The notes: generated by a model from the letters alone, not told the origin. A stretch of 64,000 bases of DNA from an uncultured Pelagibacteraceae bacterium (GCA_902533075.1 CACAKN010000003.1:11731-75730), one strand, 5' to 3'. Positions 29,173 to 40,427 are shown, counted from the first letter of the stretch. Program-made: numbers and translations.

Positions 29173-29763
29173 TTAATTAAATTTGTGATCTAAAACACAT
29201 GCTACTAAATGAATTCTATTTTCTTCTCCACCATTAAAAGCGTTGTGATATTTTGTGTTGTTTGTAATCCAAACTGAACCATCAGCAGGCATATGCTTAG
29301 CAACATTATCAATAACCATTATTGAGCCTGGATTGGTAATTATTGGGATGTGAAGTCTAGGTTCAGGATCTCTGTGCCAGCTCAAAGTTGATCTTGGTTC
29401 CTTTAATAAAATTCTTACACGGCCTAACTTATATCTTGATGATAATGTATCAAAAACTTCTTTAAAATATGTATGTTTATAATCTTCGATAAATTCAGAA
29501 TATGCGGCCTCATCTATCACTTGATCTCTAATAGCTTCTTTTCCTGAAGAATCTGGTTTAGTCCAGAATACACCTCTCGCCTTATTACCTTTGATAGACT
29601 CAGGATCACCTGGAATTTGTGTTAGTGATATAGCACCAAAGTTTGAAATACCATCAACACCTGTAAACCCCTTTATATTTAATAACTCTTTATATGCTTT
29701 TTGAAGTTTATTAATATCAAATTTGACATCTTGTTTCTGAAAATCATTAAAGTTTAAACTCAT
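29173..29763 (-). CDS. Asp/Asn beta-hydroxylase-like Fe(II)/2OG oxygenase
   Basis: WHRD...RLHIPIITN...YH-x-AFN...RIHLV (HxD...H triad). Confidence 0.7.
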   Translation of the reverse strand: MSLNFNDFQKQDVKFDINKLQKAYKELLNIKGFTGVDGISNFGAISLTQIPGDPESIKGNKARGVFWTKPDSSGKEAIRDQVIDEAAYSEFIEDYKHTYFKEVFDTLSSRYKLGRVRILLKEPRSTLSWHRDPEPRLHIPIITNPGSIMVIDNVAKHMPADGSVWITNNTKYHNAFNGGEENRIHLVACVLDHKFN

Positions 29764-29864
29764 TTGTAATTATCTGTAATAAATTGTCTCCTGATATTGT
29801 TTAATATCTTTTTTAAGATATATTTGTATATAACATTTGTCGCATATTACAAATATAATTAAAG

Positions 29865-30854
29865 ATGATAACAGGAAAATTTCCAAATTTGAGACTAAGA
29901 CGCAGTCGTAAAAATGATTGGTCGAGGAGATTAATTGAGGAAAATAATATCACACCTAACGATTTTATATTACCCATATTTTTAATAGAAGGTAAAAATA
30001 AGAAACAAGCCATTAAATCAATGCCAGGAGTATATCGTTATTCTTTAGATAAAATTAGCCTTGTGGTTGATAAAGCCATTAAATTAGGAATTCCGATGGT
30101 AGCATTATTTCCATACACACAAAAAAATAAAAAAGACTCGTTGGGGTCTGAGGCCTTAAATGAGAACAATTTAGTTTGTAGAGCAGTTCAGTTAATTAAA
30201 AAAAAATTCAAAAATCAAATTGGAGTAATGTGTGATGTGGCATTGGATCCTTATACTTCTCACGGTCATGATGGTTTAATTAATTCTAATCATGTCGCTA
30301 ATGATTCAACAATTGAAGTTTTAATTAATCAATCTTTATTACAAGCTCAAATGGGTTGTGATGTTATTGCGCCATCAGATATGATGGATGGTAGAATTGG
30401 AAAAATTAGAAAAGCTCTTGATAAAAATGGTTATTATATGACCCAAATTTTATCTTATGCTGTTAAATATGCTTCAAGCTTTTATGGACCTTTCAGAGAT
30501 GCCGTTGGTTCTAAAGGAGTTTTAATTGGAGATAAGAAAAATTATCAAATGGATTATAGGAATAGTAATGAGGCATTAAGAGAGGTAGCTTTAGATATCA
30601 AAGAAGGTGCAGATATGGTAATGGTAAAACCTGGACTACCTTATTTAGATATTATTAAACTTGTAAAAGAAAATTTTAAAATACCTGTATTAGCTTATCA
30701 AGTTTCAGGAGAATACAGCATATTATCAAACGGGATAAACAAAAGATTAATTGATAAGAGTGTAATTTTGGAAAGTTTAATATCATTCAAAAGATCAGGC
30801 GCAAATGCCATTATTAGTTATTATGCTGATAGATTAGACAAAATACTTAAGTAA
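29865..30854 (+). CDS. hemB: Porphobilinogen synthase
   Basis: DVALDPYTSHGHDG, APSDMMDGR, MVKPG. Confidence 0.96.
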   Translation: MITGKFPNLRLRRSRKNDWSRRLIEENNITPNDFILPIFLIEGKNKKQAIKSMPGVYRYSLDKISLVVDKAIKLGIPMVALFPYTQKNKKDSLGSEALNENNLVCRAVQLIKKKFKNQIGVMCDVALDPYTSHGHDGLINSNHVANDSTIEVLINQSLLQAQMGCDVIAPSDMMDGRIGKIRKALDKNGYYMTQILSYAVKYASSFYGPFRDAVGSKGVLIGDKKNYQMDYRNSNEALREVALDIKEGADMVMVKPGLPYLDIIKLVKENFKIPVLAYQVSGEYSILSNGINKRLIDKSVILESLISFKRSGANAIISYYADRLDKILK

Positions 30855-30856
30855 AT

Positions 30857-31537
30857 TCACTTTAATGTATTTATGAAATGTATTCTGCTGAATGGCTGGT
30901 TTAAGTTGTTTGGTTTTAAAATAGTTTTATCTAAATAATCACCAACAATTTTTAAACCATCTAATAGAGTTTCTAAATCCTCAGAGTTTTTTTCTTTATT
31001 TATTAAAAAATTAGGTACAATTTTTTTTTCTGATGAGGATTTTGATATATATTGTAATTTATTATCAACAATTTTTTTATCAACTAAATTTTCAAATTCG
31101 ATATGATAGCCGAGAACTTTAAACAATTCTAATTCCCAAAATATATAATTTTTAATCCAATTGTCGTTTTTTAATATTATAAAAAAATTTTCTATTAAAG
31201 AGTATAAATTTATATTTTTTTGAGACTCTGCTGTTAATATCTTTATTAAGTGCATTGCTGATGAAATACAAAGTAATTTTTGTTTATAATCAAAAAAATA
31301 AGGTGACTCTGCTTTGAGTATTTCTACTTTAAAATATCCGATCTTATTTTCTGACTTAGAGCTGAAATTTAAGTGTAAATTATTGCCAATTTGAAGATAA
31401 TTCTTTATTTTTTTTGATGTGCCACCAAAAATTATTCCAATAACTTTACCATGTTCTTTGGTAAACATTTCGGCTATTAAAGAATTTTCATTGTATCTAT
31501 TTTTTGATAATAGAAATCCAGAGTCGTCCCAATTCAT
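30857..31537 (-). CDS. recO: DNA repair protein RecO
   Basis: MNWDDSG...E...FTKEHG alphaproteobacterial RecO N-terminus; synteny. Confidence 0.85.
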   Translation of the reverse strand: MNWDDSGFLLSKNRYNENSLIAEMFTKEHGKVIGIIFGGTSKKIKNYLQIGNNLHLNFSSKSENKIGYFKVEILKAESPYFFDYKQKLLCISSAMHLIKILTAESQKNINLYSLIENFFIILKNDNWIKNYIFWELELFKVLGYHIEFENLVDKKIVDNKLQYISKSSSEKKIVPNFLINKEKNSEDLETLLDGLKIVGDYLDKTILKPNNLNQPFSRIHFINTLK

Positions 31538-32202
31538 ATTTTTTTAATATTTTTTAAACATAATATAGCTGCATTCTGTTCTGCATCTTTTTTCGATTTT
31601 CCATTTGCAACATAAAATTTTGTGTCTATCAGTTTAACAGCCACTTTAAATAGAGGTTTATGCTTAGGACCAGTATTTGAAATAAGTTTATAGATTGGTA
31701 ATCTCTTAAACTTTTTTAAAGAGTATTCTTGTAATTTAGTCTTTGCATCAATTTGAGTATTTATACTATCTTTGATATGGCTAGACCATAAATCTAATAT
31801 AATTTTTTCTACTACAGCAAAACCTTTGTCCAGGTAAATAGAACCAATTAAAGCCTCGCAGCTATCAGCTAAAACTTTTTCTTCTAATGTATCTTTTTTA
31901 TTATTGAAATTAAGTGTTAAAATAAATTTTTGCAATTCTAGTTTATTTGCTATTTGTAAACATGTCTTTTTATTTACGAGTGCAGCAAATTTTTTATCTA
32001 AAATACCTTCTTTTTCATAAGGATATATTTCCAAAAGTTTCTTAGCCATAACTAAACCTAAGACTCTATCACCTAAAAATTCTATTTTTTCATTATTGTT
32101 TTCTTTATCAAAACTTTTATGTGTTAAAGATCTAATTAATAAATCTTTGTTTTTAAAATTTATCTTAATTTTTTTTTCTAAAATGTGATAATCAATTTTC
32201 AT
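31534..32202 (-). CDS. rnc: Ribonuclease III
   Basis: NEKIEFLGD, dsRBD. Confidence 0.95.
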   Translation of the reverse strand: MKIDYHILEKKIKINFKNKDLLIRSLTHKSFDKENNNEKIEFLGDRVLGLVMAKKLLEIYPYEKEGILDKKFAALVNKKTCLQIANKLELQKFILTLNFNNKKDTLEEKVLADSCEALIGSIYLDKGFAVVEKIILDLWSSHIKDSINTQIDAKTKLQEYSLKKFKRLPIYKLISNTGPKHKPLFKVAVKLIDTKFYVANGKSKKDAEQNAAILCLKNIKKI

Positions 32203-32936
32203 TATTTGATTTTTTTAAAAAATCTGTCAAATCTTAATGTTTTATTCCATTTCCAAAAAGAAAATATACTTCCAATAGACTTATCAGAAGAAAAAAAAAT
32301 AAATTGAGCTTTTCCAACAAGATTATCTTTGTGAACATAGCCTACACTAGTTAAAAATCTACTATCTTTTGAGCAATCTCTGTTATCTCCTAAAAAGAAA
32401 TAATGATCTTTTGGAACAACAAAAAGATCAGAGTTGCTAAAAGTAAAATCTTTTAAATAAACACTATTATGTTTTTTTCCATTTGGGAGAATTTCTTCAA
32501 ATGTAAAAACATCTATACTATTTTTTCCACAAAAAATTTTGTCATTATTTGATATCCTTGACTTTAATACTTCAGAATTATTGATATATAAATTCGTATC
32601 TATAAATTGAATTTTATCACCAGGTAAACCAATTAGTCTTTTAATATAATCTGTTCTATTATCAGCTGGAGTTTTAAAAACTACCACATCACCTCTCTTT
32701 GGATTTGTGAAAAAAATTCTACCACTAAAAATTGGTGGACTAAATGGGAATGAATGTCTGCTATAACCATAAGAATATTTTGTAACAAAAAGCCTATCTC
32801 CAACTAATAAATTTGGTTCCATTGATGATGAAGGAATATAAAAAGGCTGAATAAATAGAGATCTAATAAAAATTGCTATTATCAAAGCATAAAGCAGTGT
32901 TTTTAAATTTTCTATAAAAAATTTTTTATTTAACAT
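32202..32936 (-). CDS. lepB: Signal peptidase I
   Basis: IPSSSM, YIKRLIGLPGD, GDNRDCSKDSR. Confidence 0.95.
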   Translation of the reverse strand: MLNKKFFIENLKTLLYALIIAIFIRSLFIQPFYIPSSSMEPNLLVGDRLFVTKYSYGYSRHSFPFSPPIFSGRIFFTNPKRGDVVVFKTPADNRTDYIKRLIGLPGDKIQFIDTNLYINNSEVLKSRISNNDKIFCGKNSIDVFTFEEILPNGKKHNSVYLKDFTFSNSDLFVVPKDHYFFLGDNRDCSKDSRFLTSVGYVHKDNLVGKAQFIFFSSDKSIGSIFSFWKWNKTLRFDRFFKKIK

Positions 32937-33321
32937 TTTTTGTTTGTAGAATTGTAAAAGCTACTGAATAATCTTTTTCATCAGATATTGAAAGAAACAA
33001 ATCATATTTTTTAACATTGAATCTTTTTTTTATGATTTTATCTATCTTTTTAGATTTTAAGTAATATGGTTTCCCAATTTTATCATTTAAAATTTCAATA
33101 TCTTTAAAATTCAAATTTTTTCTGAAACCGGTTCCTAATGATTTTGCCAAAGCTTCTTTTGCTGCAAATCTTTTTGCAAAATAATTTGTTTTATTTGATA
33201 TTTTTTTAGAAAATTTTATTTCATGTAATCCAAAAGATCTAGATATAAAATTTTTCTTTATAATAAGAGGTTTAATTCTTTTATTCTCTATAAGATCGAC
33301 ACCGATTCCTAATATCTTCAT
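32926..33321 (-). CDS. acpS: Holo-ACP synthase
   Basis: GIGVD, AKRFAAKEA. Confidence 0.94.
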   Translation of the reverse strand: MKILGIGVDLIENKRIKPLIIKKNFISRSFGLHEIKFSKKISNKTNYFAKRFAAKEALAKSLGTGFRKNLNFKDIEILNDKIGKPYYLKSKKIDKIIKKRFNVKKYDLFLSISDEKDYSVAFTILQTKNVK

Positions 33322-33322
33322 T

Positions 33323-34042
33323 TTAGTTTTTAATAATTTTCTTAAATCTTTTTATCACCTTCGATAAACCAAAAAAAATTGATTCACCTATTAGAAAGTG
33401 TCCGATATTGAATTCTTTAATTTGATTTATTTTACTTAAAATCTCTGTTGTTTTATAATCAAGTCCGTGACCTGCATGTACTTCTAAATTCAATTTATCT
33501 GCTAAGATTGAACATCTTTTAATTTTTAAAAATTCATTAGAAAAACTCTTTTTAGACTTAACTAAATTTGCTAAACGCCCTGTATGAAACTCAATACAAT
33601 CAACACCGAGTTTTTTTGATAGTTGGACATCTTTAATGGAAGGATTAATAAATAAACTAGTTCTAATTTTTTTCTTTTTAAATTTTAGTATAATTCTTTT
33701 AATATTATTTTTATTTCTTTCTAAATTCAAACCACCCTCTGTAGTAATTTCTTTCCTATTTTCTGGAACTATACAAATATAATTGGGTTTTATTTTTAGT
33801 GCAGTTTTTACTATATCTTTATTAGTAGAAATTTCTAAGTTTACTAAAAGATTTTTAATTAAACATATTTGTTTAGCATCTAGGTCTTTTATATGCCTTT
33901 TGTCCTCTCTTAAATGAATAGTAATGGAATCTGCACCTACTTTTTTAACAAATTTTGCTGCAAGAATAGGATCTGGATGTAATTCTCCTCTGGCATTTCG
34001 CAATGTTGCAACATGATCAATATTAACACCTAAACGTTTCAC
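33323..34042 (-). CDS. pdxJ: Pyridoxine 5'-phosphate synthase
   Basis: LGVNIDHVATLRNAR, HAGHGL. Confidence 0.96.
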   Translation of the reverse strand: MKRLGVNIDHVATLRNARGELHPDPILAAKFVKKVGADSITIHLREDKRHIKDLDAKQICLIKNLLVNLEISTNKDIVKTALKIKPNYICIVPENRKEITTEGGLNLERNKNNIKRIILKFKKKKIRTSLFINPSIKDVQLSKKLGVDCIEFHTGRLANLVKSKKSFSNEFLKIKRCSILADKLNLEVHAGHGLDYKTTEILSKINQIKEFNIGHFLIGESIFFGLSKVIKRFKKIIKN

Positions 34043-34626
34043 TTAATAAATCTACTTCCAGGTGTTGTGATTGGAATTATTCTTAATTCTTTAGGCAGAT
34101 TATTAGACTTATAAGTTGCTACATTAATCTTAAGATGTGAAATTATATTTTTTTTAATCTTAAGTGATTGTTTTGAGGATCTGTCTATTATTGCTGCAAA
34201 ACCAACAAGTGATGCTTTCGCTTTTTTAATTAACTTTGCACATTCCAAACTAGATTTTCCTGTTGTTATAACATCTTCAATTATCAAAACTTTTGAATTT
34301 TTTTTTATATAAAAACCCCTTCTCAAAGTAAATTTTCCTTTTACTCTTTCACAAAAAATAGTTTCTTTCTTTAAAATTTTTCCTATTTCATAACCAATAA
34401 TCACACCCCCCATTGCTGGAGATAAAATTAAGTCAATTTTTTTGAATTTACGCTTTATTTTTGCTGCAAGAGACTTGCATATTTTGTCTGCTTGGGATGG
34501 AAAACTTAAAAGTTTTGCGCATTGAATATATTTAGATGAATGCAATCCTGAAGATAAAATAAAATGTCCTTCTAAAAGTGCATCAGTTTTTCTTAAAATA
34601 TTTAAGGATTTTTTGTGTGAAAGCAT
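34039..34626 (-). CDS. pyrE: Orotate phosphoribosyltransferase
   Basis: GHFILSSGLHS, IIEDVITTG. Confidence 0.94.
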   Translation of the reverse strand: MLSHKKSLNILRKTDALLEGHFILSSGLHSSKYIQCAKLLSFPSQADKICKSLAAKIKRKFKKIDLILSPAMGGVIIGYEIGKILKKETIFCERVKGKFTLRRGFYIKKNSKVLIIEDVITTGKSSLECAKLIKKAKASLVGFAAIIDRSSKQSLKIKKNIISHLKINVATYKSNNLPKELRIIPITTPGSRFIK

Positions 34627-36328
34627 TTCTTTTATCTTCGTGTCTTATTATCTTAAATTTTATACCCTTTTGTTTGAGCTCTGCAATAAAATTAGTAAAG
34701 TTTTTAAGATCTCTTATTATCAATTGAAACTTAAAATTAATATAATTAGGGTTTTTACCGGCCATTTCTAGATTAGAAATATTTAATTTGTGATCACCAA
34801 TTAGTGAACTTACGTTTCCTAGTTGGCCAGGTTTATCAGGTAAAGAAATCCATAATGTAGTGTTATATTTTTTAATTCTCTCCTGTTTTTTTTCACCTCT
34901 TTCATGCCAATATCTTCGAATTGCAGCTCTTGCCTTTCCAGTTTTTGTAGTTGGTATCCAGTGTAATGAAGGTGATTGGTTTTTTGATGTAATAATATTT
35001 ACTCTATCACCATTCCTTAAAATAGATTGAAGTTCACTTTTATTACCATTAATTTCACAACCAATTGCAGTATCGCCAACTTTTGTATGAACAGCATAAG
35101 CAAAATCTATAGGTGTAGCATCTTTAGGTAATTTGATCACTGATCCTTTTGGAGTAAAACAAAAGACATTTTCTTGAAACATTTGGAGTTTCGTGTATTC
35201 ATAAGAATGTTCTGGATTTTCATTTTTCTCTATAATTTCAACCAAATCTTTTAACCAATCATATTCTTTCCAAGTTAATGAACTAAACTTTTCAGATGAC
35301 TTATATTGCCAATGTGATGCTATACCTCTCTCAGCAAATTCATGCATTTCTTTTGTTCTAATTTGAATTTCTATCGGTTTTTTGTTTGATCCAATAACAG
35401 CCGTATGAATAGATTTGTAACCATTTATTTTTGCTGATGATATATAATCTTTAAATTTACCAGGAATACAATTGTATTCTTTATGTATAATACCTAAAGT
35501 TTTATAACAATCATCTATATTATCTAAAATTATTCTAAATCCAATAATGTCAGTGATTTGCTCCAAAGAAACCCTTTTTTTTTGTACTTTTCTCCAAATT
35601 GAAAAAGGTGTCTTTTCTCTTCCATAAATTTTAGATTTAATTTTATTTTGATTTAATAACTTATTAAATTCAAAAGATAGGTTTTCAAAAATATCTCTTT
35701 TATCCAACTTAATTTCATCGAGTCTTTTTTGAATTAGTGATCTAGCGTCATTATTAAGAATTTCAAAAGAAAGATCTTCTAATTCATCACGAATTCTATG
35801 CATACCCATTCGGTCAGCTAGAGGTGCATAAATTTCCATAGTCTCTTGAGCTATTCTTTTTCTTTTTTCTTCTTTACTGATTGCTTTAATTGTTCTCATG
35901 TTATGAAGTCTGTCAGCAATTTTAACCAATAATACACGAATATCTTTTGAAGTTGCTAAAATTAATTTTCTAAAGTTTTCAGCTTTTGAATTAGATGATG
36001 CTGTATTTTCTAAAACTGAAATTTTTGTTACGCCATCAACTAAATCAGCTACTTCGTCTCCAAATTCACCTTTGATAGTTTCATATGTTGCAAATGTATC
36101 TTCAATTGTATCGTGTAACAATCCAGTTGTAATTGTTGCACTATCTAATTTTAAATCTGTAAGAATATTTGCAACTTCTATTGGGTGGACTGAATAAGGA
36201 TCTCCTGATTCTCTCTTTTGGTTACTATGAGCTTTGACAGCAAAGTTATATGCCTTATTGAGTTTTTCAGGATTTAAAAATTTATTGTAAATTTTTACTT
36301 TGTTTATTAATTCTTCAGAATTGAGCAT
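34583..36328 (-). CDS. spoT: Bifunctional (p)ppGpp synthetase/hydrolase (Rsh), compact
   Basis: LHDTIEDT, ADRLHNMRT, EIQIRT, TGS DFAYAVHT, C-terminal ACT. Confidence 0.95.
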   Translation of the reverse strand: MLNSEELINKVKIYNKFLNPEKLNKAYNFAVKAHSNQKRESGDPYSVHPIEVANILTDLKLDSATITTGLLHDTIEDTFATYETIKGEFGDEVADLVDGVTKISVLENTASSNSKAENFRKLILATSKDIRVLLVKIADRLHNMRTIKAISKEEKRKRIAQETMEIYAPLADRMGMHRIRDELEDLSFEILNNDARSLIQKRLDEIKLDKRDIFENLSFEFNKLLNQNKIKSKIYGREKTPFSIWRKVQKKRVSLEQITDIIGFRIILDNIDDCYKTLGIIHKEYNCIPGKFKDYISSAKINGYKSIHTAVIGSNKKPIEIQIRTKEMHEFAERGIASHWQYKSSEKFSSLTWKEYDWLKDLVEIIEKNENPEHSYEYTKLQMFQENVFCFTPKGSVIKLPKDATPIDFAYAVHTKVGDTAIGCEINGNKSELQSILRNGDRVNIITSKNQSPSLHWIPTTKTGKARAAIRRYWHERGEKKQERIKKYNTTLWISLPDKPGQLGNVSSLIGDHKLNISNLEMAGKNPNYINFKFQLIIRDLKNFTNFIAELKQKGIKFKIIRHEDKRNAFTQKILKYFKKN

Positions 36329-36347
36329 AACTCACTATATCATTAAA

Positions 36348-36920
36348 TCAAATTTGTTTAATAGATCTTATGTCTCTATTTGGTAATGATAATATAAGTG
36401 TTTTTATATGATCTTTGGAAATTGGATGTGACCAATTTTTATTAATTTCAAATAACGGTATTAAAACAAAGTTTCTTTTATGCATTCTGGGGTGTGGTAA
36501 GATTAACTTATTCTTTACTCTATATTGATTGTAATCTATGAGATCAATGTCACATTTACGGGGAGCATTTTTTGAGGACCTTTTTCTGCCAAGTATCACT
36601 TCAATTTTTTTGCATTTTTCTAATAAATCTAAAGGTTTTAAATATGTGCTTATTTTTATTATAACATTTAAGAATTTTGGATTTTTTGGATTCGGCCAAG
36701 ATAAGCTTTCATAATAACTAGAAGTTTGAATGATTTTTATACCATTTTGAATAAGATTGAACTTTGCTTTTTCAATATTAACTTTTTTGTTTCCTAAATT
36801 TGATCCAATTCCTAAATAAATAGATCTAACTCGATTTTCTAATATATCTTGCTTTATCACGATTCCAGTCTCTACTTTTTTTAACTGCTCTTTTATCAAA
36901 TTGTTTTTTTCCTTTGGCAA
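36348..36920 (-). CDS. folK: HPPK (true start probably GTG 36860 or later)
   Basis: [23 protein letters not shown]-x2-RNFVL. Confidence 0.92.
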   Translation of the reverse strand: MPKEKNNLIKEQLKKVETGIVIKQDILENRVRSIYLGIGSNLGNKKVNIEKAKFNLIQNGIKIIQTSSYYESLSWPNPKNPKFLNVIIKISTYLKPLDLLEKCKKIEVILGRKRSSKNAPRKCDIDLIDYNQYRVKNKLILPHPRMHKRNFVLIPLFEINKNWSHPISKDHIKTLILSLPNRDIRSIKQI

Positions 36921-37296
36921 TTGCTAATTCAATTTTTGCTTTACCTTTTTTAAAATACATTTTTGTTGGTACAATAGTAAAACCATCTCTTTGCATTTTA
37001 CCAATTAGTTTATTTATTTCTCTTTTATTAAGAAGAAGTTTTCTTTCATCCATGGGATTATGATTTGAATAACTAGCTTGTTTGTATGATGATATATGAG
37101 AATTAATTAAAACTATTTCTCCATTTTTTTCAACAGCATATGCGTCTGCTATGTTAACTTTTCCATTTCTAATTGATTTAATTTCTGAACCTTTGAGCAC
37201 GATACCTGCTTCTAACAAATCTTCAAAAAAATAATTAAAACTAGCTTTACGATTTAAACAAATAATCTTTAAACCAGAATTGGCTTTTTTATTCAT
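36826..37296 (-). CDS. smpB: SsrA-binding protein
   Basis: [28 protein letters not shown]-x-FDKR. Confidence 0.96.
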   Translation of the reverse strand: MNKKANSGLKIICLNRKASFNYFFEDLLEAGIVLKGSEIKSIRNGKVNIADAYAVEKNGEIVLINSHISSYKQASYSNHNPMDERKLLLNKREINKLIGKMQRDGFTIVPTKMYFKKGKAKIELAIAKGKKQFDKRAVKKSRDWNRDKARYIRKSS

Positions 37297-38177
37297 TAAA
37301 TCAATTTCGTAGATTGAAGAGCTTTTTTAATTATATCCTTAGTAGTATTTGTTACTTTCACTAGTGGTAATCTCACCTCATCATCACAAAGATCTAATAA
37401 TTTAGCAGCATACTTTACTGGACTAGGATTACTTTCTATAAACATAGAATGATGAAGAGGTTGTAAAATTTCATCAATTTTTTTTGCTTCACTTAACGAT
37501 TTTTCATCTTTCAAAATTGAAAATTTTTGAAAATCTGAACATAGTTTTGGTGCAATATTTGCAGTTACACTTATAGCGCCTACTCCACCTCTTTTATTAA
37601 ATTCTAATGCATTATCATCATTACCAGTTAGTTGTAGAAATTCAGAACCTATTTTTTTTATTGTTTGATCAACTCTACTTAAATCTCCCGTAGCATCCTT
37701 AACTCCTATAATATTTTTAAGTTCATATAATCTTGCCATTGTTTCAACTGACATATCTATTACTGATCTACCGGGTATATTGTAAATGATTATTGGAATT
37801 CCACATTTGTCATTAATTGATTTGTAGTGTTGATATAAACCTTCTTGAGTTGGTTTATTATAATAAGGAGTTACTATAAGTGCTCCAGTTGCTCCAATTT
37901 TTTCTGCATGTAATGTTAGCGAAATTGCTTCCTCTGTGGAGTTCGATCCAGTTCCAGCAAATACAGGTAGTTTTCCATTACTCTCATTGACGCATAATTC
38001 AATAACTCTTTCATGCTCTTCATGACTCAAGGTTGGAGATTCTCCTGTTGTTCCAGCAGGAACTAAACCATTTGTGCCGTTTTTAATGTGAAAATGAATT
38101 AACTTGATATATGTTTCATCATCAAGTTTACCATTTTTAAACGGAGTGACTAAAGCAACATTTGAACCTTTAAACAT
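37296..38177 (-). CDS. dapA: 4-hydroxy-tetrahydrodipicolinate synthase
   Basis: GTTGES, PYYNKP, YNIPGR, GVKDATG. Confidence 0.96.
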   Translation of the reverse strand: MFKGSNVALVTPFKNGKLDDETYIKLIHFHIKNGTNGLVPAGTTGESPTLSHEEHERVIELCVNESNGKLPVFAGTGSNSTEEAISLTLHAEKIGATGALIVTPYYNKPTQEGLYQHYKSINDKCGIPIIIYNIPGRSVIDMSVETMARLYELKNIIGVKDATGDLSRVDQTIKKIGSEFLQLTGNDDNALEFNKRGGVGAISVTANIAPKLCSDFQKFSILKDEKSLSEAKKIDEILQPLHHSMFIESNPSPVKYAAKLLDLCDDEVRLPLVKVTNTTKDIIKKALQSTKLI

Positions 38178-38198
38178 AAATACTTATAACATAGATTA

Positions 38199-40427
38199 TT
38201 GATTCATATAGTAAAGATTATGTCAAAAAAAATCTTATTTTTTATAGTTTTAATAAAATTGCTCTGCATGAACGTGGTCGCACTATCAGAGATTATTCCA
38301 ATAAAAAAACCTATTCAGACTAAAGAGGAAACCAAAAAAAAATTATTAACTGACGAATTAAGACCATTACCAAAACCAGTAAAAAAAATTGATACAAAAA
38401 TTGTTGAAGAAAAAATTCCTGAAAAAAAACAAAAAAAAATTGGTCTTATTTTACCAAAAAAAAAGCCATTAATTGCAGGATCTAAAAAAACACCAGAGGT
38501 AAAAATATCTAAATATTATAATAAAAAAGATTTTGCTTTAGCTAGAAAAGCTATTTCAGAAATGAAAAAATCAAAATGGACTACTGCTTTAAAAACAGCA
38601 AAAAAAGCTAAAGATAAATCGATATATAACTTTATTCAGTGGAGACATCTTCTAAAAAAAGGGAATCAAGCCTCATATTATGATTATAAATTATTTATAG
38701 ATAAAAATGAAAATTATCCAAGAATTAGTCGTATAAAATATTTAGCTGAACATAAACTATCAACTGACAAAGTTTCTCCAAAAAAAATTATTGAAACATA
38801 TGCCTCCTCTGACCCGCTGAGTGGATTTGGTAAAATGATACTTGGTAAAAGCTTCATTATGTCTGGAAATAAAGAAAAAGGAATAAAACTTATTAAAGAT
38901 GGATGGATTACAGCAGAACTAACAAAATCTGAATTAAGATTTTATAGAAAAAAATTTAAAAAATATTTAAATGCCGAAGATTATATAAGACGGGCAGATT
39001 ATTTGGCTTGGAATAATAAATATTGGGATCTTAAACGTATGCTGAGATACTTACCTAAAGACTACGAGCTTTTATATAATGCAAGACAATTATTGATGAG
39101 CAAATCATATGGTGTTGATAATGCTATATCTAAAGTTCCGGCAAAATTTAAAAATGATGCAGGTTTAAATTATGACAGATTAAAATGGAGAAGAAAAAGA
39201 GGTCGCGTAGATAGTTCTGTTGAAATTTTATTGAAGATTAAAAATACAAAAGATTATTTAGTAAGACCTGATAAGTGGTGGAAAGAAAGAGAAATTATTT
39301 CAAGATCTTTAATTTATAAAAAAAAATATGAATTAGCTTATAAAATATCAAGTAATCATGCAATGACAGAAGGTTCAGAATTTGCAGCCGCTGAATGGAT
39401 GAGTGGATGGATAGCTTTAAGTTTTTTAAAAGATCCATTACTTGCTAAAGATCATTTTGAAAATTTTTACAACAATGTAGGATATCCAATAAGCGTAGCT
39501 AGAGGTGCATATTGGTTGGGCAGAACTTATAAAAAATTAGGTTATAAAGAATTATCTTTAAAATGGTTTAAGGAGGCGTCAAATTATTTAACTACATATT
39601 ATGGTCAATTAGCATTTATGGAATTAGATCCAAATAATACATTTGAACTACAAAAAGATCTTGATGTTAAAAAAGAATATCGGGATTATTTTTTTAAAAA
39701 AGATATTGTTAAAATAGTTTATCTCTTGGATGAATTAAATGAAGATAAATATACGAAATATATACTTCGACATTTAGCAAATGATAATATTAATAGTGGA
39801 AGTGAAATTTTAGCTGCTGAACTTGCTTCAAATATTGAAAGATTCGACTTCGCAATACAAATTTCAAAAATAGCATCATACGAAAAAAGATTTCATAATA
39901 AGTATAATTATCCAATTATAAGTACACCTAAATTCATAAATGGAAGAAAGATTCCTGAAAGTGCATTTATATTGTCTATCATAAGACAAGAAAGTGAATT
40001 TGATTTAAGTGCAAATAGTCATGCAGGAGCAAAAGGTTTAATGCAATTAATGCCTTACACAGCTAAATTAGTTGCCAAACAAGCAAAACTTCCTTATTCA
40101 AAATCAAGATTAACAACAGATCCTGAATATAATATTAATTTAGGTTCACATTACATTGCAGGATTAATTTTAGAATATGAGGGAGCTTACCCATTTGCAG
40201 TAGCGGCTTATAATGCTGGACCTAAAAGAGTAAGATACTGGAAAAAAATAAATCAAAACCCACAGAAAAATCAAATAAATTATGTAGATTGGATTGAGCT
40301 TATTAAATTTAAAGAAACTAGAAACTATGTACAGAGAGTACTAGAAAATTATAATGTCTACAGATATATTTTGGAGCAAAAACCAATTCAAATGAAAAAC
40401 TTTTTCACAAATAATCCACTATTTTAA
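38199..40427 (+). CDS. slt: Soluble lytic murein transglycosylase (start probably ATG 38220)
   Basis: IRQESEF, GLMQLMP, AYNAGP, ETRNYV. Confidence 0.92.
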   Translation: MIHIVKIMSKKILFFIVLIKLLCMNVVALSEIIPIKKPIQTKEETKKKLLTDELRPLPKPVKKIDTKIVEEKIPEKKQKKIGLILPKKKPLIAGSKKTPEVKISKYYNKKDFALARKAISEMKKSKWTTALKTAKKAKDKSIYNFIQWRHLLKKGNQASYYDYKLFIDKNENYPRISRIKYLAEHKLSTDKVSPKKIIETYASSDPLSGFGKMILGKSFIMSGNKEKGIKLIKDGWITAELTKSELRFYRKKFKKYLNAEDYIRRADYLAWNNKYWDLKRMLRYLPKDYELLYNARQLLMSKSYGVDNAISKVPAKFKNDAGLNYDRLKWRRKRGRVDSSVEILLKIKNTKDYLVRPDKWWKEREIISRSLIYKKKYELAYKISSNHAMTEGSEFAAAEWMSGWIALSFLKDPLLAKDHFENFYNNVGYPISVARGAYWLGRTYKKLGYKELSLKWFKEASNYLTTYYGQLAFMELDPNNTFELQKDLDVKKEYRDYFFKKDIVKIVYLLDELNEDKYTKYILRHLANDNINSGSEILAAELASNIERFDFAIQISKIASYEKRFHNKYNYPIISTPKFINGRKIPESAFILSIIRQESEFDLSANSHAGAKGLMQLMPYTAKLVAKQAKLPYSKSRLTTDPEYNINLGSHYIAGLILEYEGAYPFAVAAYNAGPKRVRYWKKINQNPQKNQINYVDWIELIKFKETRNYVQRVLENYNVYRYILEQKPIQMKNFFTNNPLF

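Noticed and set aside
36861-36920. 95-bp folK/smpB overlap
   Set aside because: Likely an over-extended start call; a downstream GTG (36860) reduces the overlap.
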